From: Pseudovirgaria hyperparasitica | Lineage: Eukaryota | NCBI GenBank assembly: GCA_010093815.1 | Contig: ML996565.1 | DNA: 64,000 bases | Reading direction: 5' to 3' (one strand) | Shown here: in pieces, positions 36,508-48,171 of the stretch | Layout of the letters: every line of letters starts with the position of its first letter | How positions within the stretch are numbered: position 1 is the first letter of the stretch | The notes under the pieces: model-generated | Told to the model about the DNA's origin: nothing | Database searches by the model: none | What the model saw: the letters and a program-made list of their open reading frames with translations, nothing else | Program-made: the position numbers and the translations under genes

Positions 36508-37989
36508 TTAATCACTACACTCGACAGTCGTACTTCTACGTTGTAGCCACACCGGGCTGTCGCTGCCAAGGGGCTTGGGCATGATGTCAAAGCCGATTCT
36601 AGCCCCCTGGATATCAGCAGGATGCTTGAGAGCTCGCAACTCTCCAAAGAGGCTATTGCGTGTTTCTAACAAGTCCATGACTTGTTTCGTGTTTAGTATA
36701 TCTTCGCATTGAAACCCAGAATCACCGGGCAACTGCCCTAACGACCGGAGGTACTTCATGACACCCGCAAGAGAGACGTCCACCTGGTACGCACCACCAG
36801 TATGTGACTGATGATAGAGCGCTGCCATGATGCCAGTAGCAAGTAGGTAGCCTCCACCATAATCGAGCGGCTGGCTCGAAGTCAAACGAGCCGGCTCGCC
36901 ATGTCCAGCATGCTGAGCTTCTGACACATTCATACCAGAGCAAGTCTGGACTAGAGAATCGAAGCCTCGTTTATCAGCCCACGGCCCATCTGTTCCATAG
37001 GCAGACATGTTGGCAATTACGATTCTTGGGTTCATCGCCAGCAGCTCAGCAGGCGAGAAACCGTAGGAAGATAGGCTTTGTGGGCGATACCCCTGAAGGA
37101 ATACATCGCACGACGACACAAGGTCACGGAGCGTAGACCGATCGTCTTCGCTGTTTTTGATATCAAGTTGTATAGTACGCTTCCCTCGTGCGAGGTCTCG
37201 ATCTAGAGCAGGTTGGTCAGGGAGGTTCGGTGATGTCACCCATAATACATCTGCACCGTGGGCCGCAAGAACTCTGCCTGCTAATGGAGCTGCGATAACG
37301 CGTGATAGATCAAGGACACGGAGGCCTCGGAGACAGCTCAGATCATCACGAACGAGTCCAGGACAGAGCTCCGCCTCTGTATCACTTATCCGACGCAGGA
37401 AAACGGGAAAGTCGCTGACTGCTTTGGCCTGCGGAAGTACGTCCCATTGTGCGTATGTCCTCAAAGCTGCAATTACCGCTTTTCCGTGGTGAGCGGCGGT
37501 CTCGAGATCTACCGCGTCCCAATCCTTTGTAGCATTACTGACATCGTTGCGAGAGGCTGTAGCCGCCAATCCCAAGATATCAAGTGCAGCCTGGCGGTGA
37601 TTCGGAAACGAGTCATGTATGCGCACGTATCCATTCCTACTCGGATGAAGACCCCCAAGCGGACCCCAGCCTGACTCAGGGGGCTTGTCATCAATCGTGT
37701 ACAGTCGAACGGACTTGTACTCGGCGCATGCGTGCCGCAGATTGACAGTTACATTTGCAACAGCCGTCTTGTCTCGCGTAGCCCGAACGAGTGATGCGGC
37801 CAGTGCTGAGAGTGCGATTGTGCTCTGTGCGAGATGCCCTATCTTGAACGAAGACGGCAAGCCGAGACCAGAGCCGGTCAACGACAGCGACGTCAGCGCA
37901 TCGAGGGGCAGATTCAGGTGCTCCCAGATAGTTTCGATTGTTTGTGCGGGCGTGTACGTGCTCCGGTCGATGAGAACGGTATCGCTCAT
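36508..37989 (-). CDS. Family III CoA-transferase (CaiB/BaiF), intronless
   Basis: LRGLRVLDLSRVIAAP, LAAHGADV, GKRTIQLD, DVFLQGYRP, RGFDSLVQ, QPLDY. Confidence 0.93.
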   Translation of the reverse strand: MSDTVLIDRSTYTPAQTIETIWEHLNLPLDALTSLSLTGSGLGLPSSFKIGHLAQSTIALSALAASLVRATRDKTAVANVTVNLRHACAEYKSVRLYTIDDKPPESGWGPLGGLHPSRNGYVRIHDSFPNHRQAALDILGLAATASRNDVSNATKDWDAVDLETAAHHGKAVIAALRTYAQWDVLPQAKAVSDFPVFLRRISDTEAELCPGLVRDDLSCLRGLRVLDLSRVIAAPLAGRVLAAHGADVLWVTSPNLPDQPALDRDLARGKRTIQLDIKNSEDDRSTLRDLVSSCDVFLQGYRPQSLSSYGFSPAELLAMNPRIVIANMSAYGTDGPWADKRGFDSLVQTCSGMNVSEAQHAGHGEPARLTSSQPLDYGGGYLLATGIMAALYHQSHTGGAYQVDVSLAGVMKYLRSLGQLPGDSGFQCEDILNTKQVMDLLETRNSLFGELRALKHPADIQGARIGFDIMPKPLGSDSPVWLQRRSTTVECSD

Positions 37990-38652
37990 TATTCTGGGCT
38001 TTGCTACTGGTTTCAGTCGGTTCTCTGACTACACATGGATCCAATCCATTCATGGACAAGCATTAGGAGCTAGCTTAGCTAAGCCCTGTGTCATCAAACT
38101 CGAACGCCTCCATAATTAGTACTTGGCGGCACAACTCAGACATGTCACCATCCATGGATGAGTAAAATCCTTCTCCGCGAACTGGCGAACATGTTGCATT
38201 ATCGTGGTTCCGCCACACGTGCTAGCTTGTATGATTGATACTACATACCTGAGGACTGTGCCACTAGGTCAGACGTGGAAAATCTTGCAGTACGAAATTT
38301 TTTCGTTCTAACACAGTGACATTCATGGCGAGCACGCCTTGCAATTCTCTTAGTTAATGGATTAACCTAGAATATAGAGAGTGGATAGATATAACTGTGA
38401 CCAGTGGCTCCACTTGTCATCAAATATCACTATGAATAGATATCCATAGGAGCATAACTAAAGGGATAGCCAAGCGAATGTTGCGCGATCATATCTTATG
38501 GTAACATTCTTAGAAATGTTTTAAGGTAAGACACATGCCCTATAACTTACCATCTCTCTTCTTTTGTGTCTTACTGCTTCTTCTATACACCCGCTCTCTT
38601 CTCTAGCCAGCACTAGGCAAGCACTCTTTTGATGTACTTCCACTTGAGTACA

Positions 38653-39678
38653 ATGTTCACCCTTACAACCCTCGCACTCCTCATAGCGATTTTTACTCCT
38701 TCTTTGGCGATTAGAGATGTCGGCTTCCATCAAGCATGTTATACCAGCAATCCAAGATTGGGCCAAGATTTCAGGGAGGCTGTAACAATGGCTCGGCAGG
38801 CCTTTGAGAGCATGGAGAAATGGAACCATGGCGAACAGAACACCGCATCCCTATTCGCCAGGTATGCCTATGAGATAATCTTCCGCCGTCACACCCAACA
38901 AGGCGCTTGGCAAGACAATATGAATTTGCAAGGCGAGAATCAAGAGAATGACCCGATTCGGCAAGTGGTGACTCGGAAGCTGGACGAGCTTGGGAAGCTC
39001 AAACAGGTGCCCCGATGGGAGCGCGCCGATATGCTCATCTTCTGCGATGACAGCCGCTGGAAGCAGGGGCAGTCTCGTGATGGGGAACCAGCACCCTGGA
39101 AGGATGAGTTGCTAGGTACGATCCTATATGAGCCGCCGCGCTGTCGTGGTATGGATCAGGAATATGTGACATATCCACCCAGTCAGTCCCATTCTCACGT
39201 TGTTGAATTCTGCCAAGGTGCGCGGAGGAGGTACACAGGCAGTGAGATGCTCCAGGGTCAGACGATAAGCACTATCCGCGAGGAGCTTCTATTTCCTTTG
39301 CTCTTGGAAATGACGCTGAAAGCACCGGATTTCCAGCGTAAGTCTATAGCAGTTCCTTTCTACAGTCTTAGCCATGTCTACAATGATTCTGCGTGTACTA
39401 ATGCCGTAACAGCTATGACGGAGCGTTCTATTTCCTGGCAAGGCGTTCTTAGCCTAGATGGGACCCTGGCAGTCTCTAATGCAGAAAGTTATGGTAAGTC
39501 TCAAGTATTCTTGCAGGACTCACCGAGCGACCATTAATGCTGTACAGTATATCTTATCCTCATGCACCGTTTGTATAGCCTGGGCCTCATCGTACTAGAG
39601 ATGGGACGTGGAACTATTGGACCAATCCCAGGTGATGGATTGGCCTGGCATCTCAATATTACCGAGCCGCTTACATGA
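38653..39678 (+). CDS. Secreted protein with M35/zincin-like layout lacking HExxH; introns 39338-39412 and ~39494-39548
   Basis: Signal peptide, EAVTMARQA, IFCDD, VEFC, LLLEMTL at the LLHExxH position, SW...AVSNAESY (compare NADSY). Confidence 0.62.
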
Positions 39679-41156
39679 ATGGGCTTGCCTATATCAAAAC
39701 TAATCACCAATCACCGGGCCATCTCACTTTCCCTACTGCCCATCAGTGTGTATCTGGGGACCTCAAGATCTATTCCGTATACAGCGAAGCAGAGCATAAT
39801 CCATGTCAACACAACTAAACCGTGCAGGTACAGGACCGTACTGGATGTACAGCTACTTCAAAACTACTTCAGACTGTTCCCGTCCAGTTCAAATTACGCC
39901 CTGCAATGGAGCGATATGTTGGAAAGGAGAAAAAGATACAGAAACGGGACTCGTTCTCTGGATGACATCACGGACGCTCCCGCTATACAAACACCAGCTC
40001 CTACAGGAGAAATTCCAATACCCACAGCAAACCTCAGAGGCCTTCGCTCAAGACAGGACTGCCAATGGATCGGTAGATGAGCAGCTTATCGGATGGAGAC
40101 ACGGAGAAGCTCGGAGAAGACCTCACAAGGAACAACCCCAGAATCCTGCCAAGCAGTTCGTGTGCACACAGACCTGTCGCATCGCGATGCGCTATTTACA
40201 CACGATTCAAGCATTAGAGAAGCGCCTTCGATCGCACATTGACTTGGACAGCCAAAGAATACGCGCCTCTGCATATAAAGTGGACATCACGCCGACGGCT
40301 CAGATACATACGACCTATAGACTGAATTGCGAATAAACGAGAACAAGGAACTTCAACAAGCTCTATCAAGTGTGGCAAATATGATCCAAGGTCCACAAAT
40401 GGAGAGACTCAACGTCCTTGTGTTATGAGGCACATGGCTAGTCATACCTGTAACAAGCCTGACGGTTATTATCGACAGACGCAAGAATTGAACGCGTCTC
40501 CCGTGCAAACTGTATTCACTCGGCCAGGGGAAAAACGAGTACATTCTATCTAGCACTGACAGTTTGGCTGGTGAATGAGGTGGCATGGTAAGTCCGTTGA
40601 TTCGGCAATACGTAGGGTGGGCGATTGAGAATAAACAGCGGGCATTCGCTGGTGGTAAACTTGTTGAATAGTGTGTTTAGTGGGGATGAAAGCAGCGAAG
40701 TGGACGGATATCGTATTCGCTGAAAAGTAGGAATGAGACATTACTGTGTTTACTATTCACTCACAGTCCATTGTTTCACAAGCCATGGTTCCTGTAGACA
40801 CTACGGGGAAGGGGTAGCTTGTCCATGCCCGTTCGTCCAACTTCTGAATATTGTGCTGGGAATGCCGACACTAATTACAGCAACAGCAGGCTTCACTGTT
40901 CAAGGGATCACTTTAGACAAGTTATCACGGTCTACCACAGCCAATGAATTCTAGGCGCCAGTCTTGGCAATATAAGTGGGTCCCAGCTCCGGCTAGCATG
41001 TCGGGCGCGTACAGCGAACCACCCATCTCATCCAATGATCCAATCTCTGTTGCTAGTATTATAGTAAGTGCCACGTACAATATACGCGCCGCTGCCCACC
41101 CACGTTCAATGTTTCTGCCTGCTCTAGAGTCTGAGGTTCCCATCATCTATAACCTT

Positions 41157-42811
41157 ATGCTCGAACTGCAGCCTCCAATTCCGCGTAAACGTCCTCGGTC
41201 AGAGCCACCGGAGCCCAACGAAACGTCGCAGCCTGTATCAAAAAAGCAGAGACCCAACTGTCCCTGTCCATCTCTGCCACCGCCCGCATTTTGGGACGAC
41301 TTATCAAAGATCTGGTTGACCAAACGAGCATTGAGAGAGCTAGACCGAAGAAATATTCAAGCTGCTCCAAGCCTGCCTCGTTCACCCCAACGACGAGACC
41401 GCCGACCAGTCGCCTCAAAATTCGTCGCTGGCCAGAATCGAAATTGCCCAGCTACACACTACGCGGCTCACTATATACGTCTCTGTAAGCCGGAGACCTT
41501 GAAAGATATAAAGCTATTTGCCAGAAACGGTGGTCCAGACCTATCGGACGTGAGGAACGTACGTATTGGAACGACCTATACACTGATGATAAAGCTAATG
41601 ACGCTCTCATGGGCCAGTACCCTGAGGCTATACCTTCTTCGACCCCTACAATGAGCCCAAGCCGTTCGAGGTCCCGGGGTCGACAACGGGGCTCTGCAAC
41701 TGCCCCAAGCACTAAGGCTACCACAGATACGACGAGAACGAAGAGCACGGGGGTATATGACCGTAACTTTCAGCAAAACCTCATCGATTACAGTATATAT
41801 CCTTCTGAGTACATACACCCCGCCGGCCATGCAGCCCCGAATCCAAGGAACTGGCGGACAATCAATCAGCGATTAGTACAACGTCGACCTTCTCTTTCCC
41901 CGTCCAAATTCGGGGACGAGGACTATAAAGGGTTTATGCAAGCGGATGCGAATGCCTCCAAAGAAAAGCAAGTGTCAGAATCGGTAATTCCCATTATCGA
42001 GGGTAAGGTTAGAGACGCGAAATGCCGTTCAGGAGGAATCCCGTTTACTAACCTCGACCCCCTGACGAACGGCACGCTCAAGCCTGGTAACCCGGACTTG
42101 TATTACGGCGCCCGTCCAGAACAGCTTAGTCGAGCCGTCCGCGACGAGATTGGAGGCCGTATAATCCCTTCGACGCAGCACGATCTTCCCCTGGTACCAA
42201 ACTTTTTCCTAGCAGTGAAAGGGCCGGACGGATCAGCTGCGGTGCTTAAACGACAAGCTTGCTACGATGGTGCGCTAGGAGCGAGAGGTATACATAGCCT
42301 TCAGTCGTATAGAAGTGCCGAGCCCACTTACAACAATAACGCATACACTATAACCTCTACATATCATGCTGGCACGCTGAAGATGTATACCAGCCATGTT
42401 GCCCAACCGCGGAGTCCTGGAGGCCGTCCGGAGTATAACATGCACCTACTAAAGGCGTGGGCTATGGATGGTGCTCCGGAGACATTTAGACAAGGAGCCA
42501 CAGCGTATAGGAATGCAAGAGACTGGGCAGAAGAGCAGAGGGATGAGGCAATCAGACAAGCGAATGAAACCTCGGTAGAAGCTGAGGCGCCGACCAGCAA
42601 TGCAGGTGCCAGTCCAGTCCCAAGCTTTGTAACGGCAGTCTCGGAGACAGAAGCCTCCCCTATGCTTCCTCCAGGCCCTGAGGGGTCCAATACTTCAGTA
42701 GATGAAGACCTTGAGGATCACGCACATCCAGCCAAGCATCCGATAGACCGTTCAAAGACCCCTCAGGCACGGCGTAAGCGACGCCCTGCAGGCGAATCTG
42801 ATGGGACATGA
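41157..42811 (+). CDS. Fungal nuclease-fold (PD-(D/E)xK-like) hypothetical protein; intron 41559-41617
   Basis: FWDDLSKIWLT..ALRELDRR, FARNGGPDLSDVRN|YP, NPDLYYGA, PNFFLAVKGPDG, RQACYDGALGARG, FRQGATAYRNARDWA. Confidence 0.72.
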
Positions 42812-43490
42812 TATAGTCATGGGCTGGCGGTCAGGAACTGAAGAATCGTATGCTTCAGGCATCAGAATTATGCGAAGTCTAGTATTCGTAATTGCGTTAT
42901 CTTTGATACCCCAATGACATGTAATCTCCTTCATGAGAAGGGCTCAGACGTTATTATAGTTCTGATTGGGTTGATTGGCTATAGAGGCCCCTTTAAGCGC
43001 CCAGGGAGGAGGCTCTAACCTCCTAAGCCGCAACCCCCTGCGCTACACGTCTTGGTTTATTCCGTTCGGTGTAATCGAGAACGCCTGACGGCAAAGTACC
43101 TAGTTGTCGCCGTCGCCGGCCAGTAGTAACAAATGACCGAAAAATATTGTAGGTACCACCCACCCGAGCGGCCGTACCGGGTCGGGTCGTGGTGAGCCAG
43201 TAATATCCAGTTGTCGAGCAGTGCTGCTTGAGCACTTGTATCCACCCGTACGTAAGGTGTCAATCTAGTATATAGAACTCCTGGTGGCTGAGTAGATGTC
43301 TATATACCTATATCAAGTATACCATCTAGAGACTACCAGACTATAGGTAAGTATAAAATTATCTAGAGAGTAGAAAGTTATAAGATTGATATAGATACAA
43401 AGAATAGAGAGTAGGAAGTTATGGAGTTTACATAGGTATATGGGGCTAAATAAAAGACTCTACGTAGCCACGGCGCACCATATTCCAGAA

Positions 43491-46400
43491 TCACCGCAAC
43501 AGTTCTCCCAGCACGCCTGCGACATAACACACCGTCGCGCCTGTGATGCCGGCTACAAATACCCTGCTCACACCCCCACCTCTCGTCTCCTTGCGCCCTC
43601 TCCCCTCCTCCCTAGTCTCACGAATTACGTCTCTCTTCTCCCGCTCCTCCTCTCTCCCATCCTCTCGCCCAGCGCCCTGATGAAACGACACGAAGCCTGT
43701 CAGACTAGCAAAATTGCCGCTCGGCGACTGCGGGAGCTGCGGGAGCGGAACGGTCGTGCCGTCGACAGGGTTCACGTTGCGCGCCCGCTCGCGTTCTTCC
43801 CGTGCAGAAGCAGGAGATACAGTGCTAGCTTCGGTGTCAAGTTTGAACTCCGGCGAGCTATTCTTGCGCAGGACTAGGAGGTTTGGTTTGGCGTCGACGA
43901 TGCTGTAATCGGGTGAAAGGTGTAGGACGAAGCGAAAGGGTTTGTGCAGACGGCGTGCCGCCTGTTCGAATGAGAGTGTGGGCGATGTAGAGTACGTAAC
44001 AGAGGTGAGATCGATCACGGCCATCGGGCTCCTTGGCGAGCGGCCTGTGGTGATAAGTTTGAGGGATGTGAGCGAGGGGATCGTGAGTAGGTTGGTAGGG
44101 CCAGGTGACAACTGGGCGAGGGGCAGCTTTCTAGCGTCCATGTGCGTATCGTGGTCATACAGTTTGGCTAGGTTTCCCTTCTGTTGAAGTTTAGGTTGAA
44201 GAAGGCCTTGTTTCGCACAGAGCTTATAGAGCTTATGTCGCTGGCGGCGCACCTGCTTATATCTGTTGTACACACCTCTGAGGTGCTCAGGTGAAGTATT
44301 CATAGAAGCACCACTCTGTTTACTGGTGTCCCAGGCCTGCGACGGCAGTTGTATAGACGAGGTATCGGATCCAGGTGTTACAGACTCACGCATCTCATCT
44401 TTGAGCCCTGCTCGTAGATCGTCCTTTCCATCTCGAATACTCGATGTACACGACCGCTCGTACTTTTCGAGCTCACGTGTGAGATTATCTTGGGCAGAGT
44501 CGTGCGATTCTACAGCAGCGTCGGGTGGATCAACGGAAGGGGCTTGTGTCTCGTAGTCCCGGGGCTTATGCCGCCCCTGTATCTCGTAGTTTTTCAAACG
44601 CCGAGCAAGAAACGGATCAAAGCCATCGCTGAACCCATCAACAGATTTCTCTGCCTGTGTTATAGGAGCTGGGGACTTCTCTCGACTAGCACTGTCCAGC
44701 GGCTCCAATTGCACCAAGTGAGACATGTGCTGGATATCGTATGATTCTAGGCCTTTGAACGATATTGGTCCATCACCTTGCATACTAGGATACGTCCCTT
44801 CAGATGTCCCAAGTCGGAATCGTCCAGTAAGTCCCCCTTTCAGCTGCTTAAGACGCTCGGATGCTTTCATCAGAACGCTAAGGTCGTCTTGGACATGCTT
44901 CAAAAACAGGTCTCTAGCCTTTTGGAGGTCGAAATAGTTTTCTGCTGGCATATGTTTCAAGCTACATAGTGACTGCTGTATCTCTGCTTGAATCTTGAAC
45001 AGTCTTTGGTTGATGTCCTTGCGCGCCGTAATAAAGGACTCCGAATCTGTTAGGAGGCCCCTCAGTTGATCTCGCTGATCATCAAGCTTTGATAATTCTC
45101 GTGTCTGGCTCGGTTGATAAATCTGAAGGCCTAAGTCGGCGATGAAACTTTCTACCTGCCGTGTTTGCTTCACCATTTGCCGACATAAGTCGGAAAGCTC
45201 CCGAGGTAGGCTGAATCCAGGAACCGGCAGATTACCAGCTTCATAAGCGGACACATCCGCAGGCCCGGTCATGGTAGACTGACGTGTTTGCAAGCCTCTG
45301 TGCTCACGCATCCTTTGCAAAGCCGTCGTAAGACGAGTTGCGTTAGCGCTACCCTGTTCTTTCTCGTCCCGGAGTTGCAGTTCTTCATTAGACGTGGCGT
45401 GCGTTTCGGTGGCAGCGTTTTCACTCTTTTTGATCCGGGACTCGTATTCCATATCTGGTTTTTCGATGGCTTCCACGGGCTGTCTCTTATGGAGCTGGTC
45501 AAAGCGTTGCTCCAAGTCTGCCGTTGTGACTTTTGATGTTTGCTGCTCCCTTGTTTCCATGCGCTTTCGCAAATATGCAATTCTGGAGCGGATGTCCTCC
45601 GTCTGAAGAAAATCAATGTCATCTTGAGGCAGAGAGGAGAGCTTGGAGGAGGTTGATGTTGGTGTTCGTGACTTGCCCACACTGTAAAATGGTGACAGAT
45701 CCGTCTGATCGGTCGGCTCAGACTCTTTTTTCTGTCGTTGGGGCACCTCTTGGATACCTGCCGCGCTGGAATAGAGAGAAGTAGAGGTACTAGCGGATGT
45801 CTGTGTATGCGATGTTGTGGCATGCTTGGTGGAAGTTTGTCTATCCTGCTGTGTGGACGAATTAGTTAACTCGTCCGTGGCTATTATATTGATTTTCGAT
45901 TGGTACGGCTTGATAGGAAGATCCGCAGAGTCTAAATCGATTCCTATTTTACCTGAGACCATTTGTGACTGTGTCGAGGCATTCTTCATCACCATTCTTC
46001 CGCTAATCGGATCGTACAGATATTGACATTCAGAATTGTTTGCCTTGTTCGTACGCGGAACTTCAGTTGGCGTAGCCTCAGAGCCTAGATCAGCACGACG
46101 ATCGGTCGGGCGAATATCATTCTTTGGACTCTCTTCCGAATTATTGTAGTTGGTCACGATATCAGGTTTCACTGTGGATTCTCGCCTCTGTTGAGTTGGC
46201 TGCTCGATACCGAACTCTTCTTGCATCCACTTTGGTATGTGATTCCACAACGGGTGTGTCCACCCTTTTCCATTCAACGCAGAGTTGGATGGACCAAAGA
46301 CGGCTTTATATGGATCCTCGTCGAGCATTCGCTTCCAGATAGCCAGCCTGCGTCTTCGCAGCTCATGCCAGTCATTTTCTCTGCTATGGGTGGAAGCATT

Positions 46401-46634
46401 ATCTTCACTGTATTTTCGAATGCCGCCCACTCTGGATCTACTAAGTCTGGGCACATATTCGTCTACAATCCAGTGTTGAGCTCCGGCATAAGCACCCTGC
46501 AGTCCGGATTTATCAAGTCGGGACTCAGACCTGAATCCGTGCGTGTCATTGTTCCGCCTCTTTCTCCAGTAGCAATAGAGCCGGGTCTTGCTGATGGAGC
46601 CAGAAACAGAAAACTGGGAGATTCGACGCGACAT
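43491..46634 (-). CDS. Large uncharacterised fungal Ser/Thr-rich protein with a C-terminal hydrophobic helix
   Basis: ORF of over 1000 aa; DPY.AVFG, YDPISGRMV, DDIDFL..EDIR, NPVDGT, GNFAS.TGFV, CYVAGVLGE. Confidence 0.8.
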   Translation of the reverse strand: MSRRISQFSVSGSISKTRLYCYWRKRRNNDTHGFRSESRLDKSGLQGAYAGAQHWIVDEYVPRLSRSRVGGIRKYSEDNASTHSRENDWHELRRRRLAIWKRMLDEDPYKAVFGPSNSALNGKGWTHPLWNHIPKWMQEEFGIEQPTQQRRESTVKPDIVTNYNNSEESPKNDIRPTDRRADLGSEATPTEVPRTNKANNSECQYLYDPISGRMVMKNASTQSQMVSGKIGIDLDSADLPIKPYQSKINIIATDELTNSSTQQDRQTSTKHATTSHTQTSASTSTSLYSSAAGIQEVPQRQKKESEPTDQTDLSPFYSVGKSRTPTSTSSKLSSLPQDDIDFLQTEDIRSRIAYLRKRMETREQQTSKVTTADLEQRFDQLHKRQPVEAIEKPDMEYESRIKKSENAATETHATSNEELQLRDEKEQGSANATRLTTALQRMREHRGLQTRQSTMTGPADVSAYEAGNLPVPGFSLPRELSDLCRQMVKQTRQVESFIADLGLQIYQPSQTRELSKLDDQRDQLRGLLTDSESFITARKDINQRLFKIQAEIQQSLCSLKHMPAENYFDLQKARDLFLKHVQDDLSVLMKASERLKQLKGGLTGRFRLGTSEGTYPSMQGDGPISFKGLESYDIQHMSHLVQLEPLDSASREKSPAPITQAEKSVDGFSDGFDPFLARRLKNYEIQGRHKPRDYETQAPSVDPPDAAVESHDSAQDNLTRELEKYERSCTSSIRDGKDDLRAGLKDEMRESVTPGSDTSSIQLPSQAWDTSKQSGASMNTSPEHLRGVYNRYKQVRRQRHKLYKLCAKQGLLQPKLQQKGNLAKLYDHDTHMDARKLPLAQLSPGPTNLLTIPSLTSLKLITTGRSPRSPMAVIDLTSVTYSTSPTLSFEQAARRLHKPFRFVLHLSPDYSIVDAKPNLLVLRKNSSPEFKLDTEASTVSPASAREERERARNVNPVDGTTVPLPQLPQSPSGNFASLTGFVSFHQGAGREDGREEEREKRDVIRETREEGRGRKETRGGGVSRVFVAGITGATVCYVAGVLGELLR

Positions 46635-48171
46635 GGTGTAGCAACGAGTTGACAGCTGCTCTAGGGTCAACTGACTGTCAGCAAAGAGCTGGAGAAAGTA
46701 TAATTTGTAGGCAATACGACTAGTATGGCGTGCGACACAGACTGTGACCAGAGTCGATCATGTACAGCGAAGGCTTCGAAGGGCGATATGCACTGACGAT
46801 GACCGGACAGCAACACCTGGAAGCTAAGGGCGTTTTAGAGATGGATTCACATAGAGTTGAACTGCCACGACTGAGGCTGCGAAAGCCAGGGGTCTCAGAA
46901 GAAAAGGATAAGCATGAACGATCAGGAAATACCTAGCTGTATGCCAGGGAGTGATACAGATAGAGTGCTAAGAAGAGGAAGACTGATTCACAGCGGCTCG
47001 GAGCTGTTATTGCTGAGATGAGGACTCGTTCACTCACTTGGACATGACGGGACGCGGGGGCGGGGGTGGGGCCGACGATGTTTGGCCGGGTCGGACATGC
47101 CAAGGCCGGGGCGCTTTCACTATGCCGGAAAATGGCATCAATTCGGAATCGTTTCCTTTCGGTCTTTCTTCACGAACAGCTTGAGGTCAGTGTGAATTTC
47201 GATTTGAGCTTCCATCTTCCTAACGAGTGTCGTATATCATTGGCGATCAGACAAGAGCCTTAGACGTAGAGCTCGTAGTAAGCCAAAGAGGTTGATAGTG
47301 TTGTGTCCATTTCCTATCGAAGCAACAGTCGTGCACCATTCAATATCCAACTTTGTAATCCTCGACATATAAACTCGACTATTATTCTTGTTTCTTATCT
47401 GCGAGAAGATTATGAGCCGGTAACGAACCACAATTCGCGCTTGATTCCAATGCCAAAGGAGGTCTCGCCGTGGCCCGCTGTCCATGCAAAAAGGACAGCG
47501 CATCATTGTAGAAGGAAGTCGTTTGTAAAGCTCTCCCCTCCAATCTCAACTTCACAGATGAGATGAAGCTGTCATGCCGACAAAGTGAGCAACAATTATC
47601 AGTAGCCTTTGCCTAGGAAGATGAGATGAGCCGTCTCTTCTTCATTCGTTCGGCATCCTCGAGCTTTGGGTGGCCTCGCCTATATCAGGCTCTGTCTTCA
47701 TAAAATAATTATGACTCGTTTTGTCGCCTTTGTTTGCCTACCATCATATTTTGATCATATCAGATCTCTAGTCGTCACGCTTCGCCCTTGACGTCGCAAT
47801 CCCCAATTCGCGTCAATCAAACGCAGGTGAGTTCCAGCTGATCATCTCGAGTCTGAACAGATGTTCTCAAGGCATTAAGGTATAAATGATAAGTACGAGC
47901 GTAGGAACAAACTGTTATACTTGTTTCGGTTTTCTTAGGACGTGTGGAATGAGTGTTAATCAGCCCAGGTTAAGCCTAATGCGGCTAGAGCCATTGAGCT
48001 TGTTTGTCCGCAGCTACCCATGCCAAAACAACGCAAACACTACTATTCACTTTGCACCTCTCCCGGCCACGAACTCTCTTGGCCACCACTTCCTGGGCAT
48101 GGCTCACCTCGCTGATTACTCCTAATTTCACACTCTTTGCAGTTCCATACACTCCTTATAAACTATATAGT

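Noticed and set aside
39679..40954. Several 60-180 aa ORFs
   Set aside because: No recognisable domains; consistent with chance ORFs or decayed remnants.
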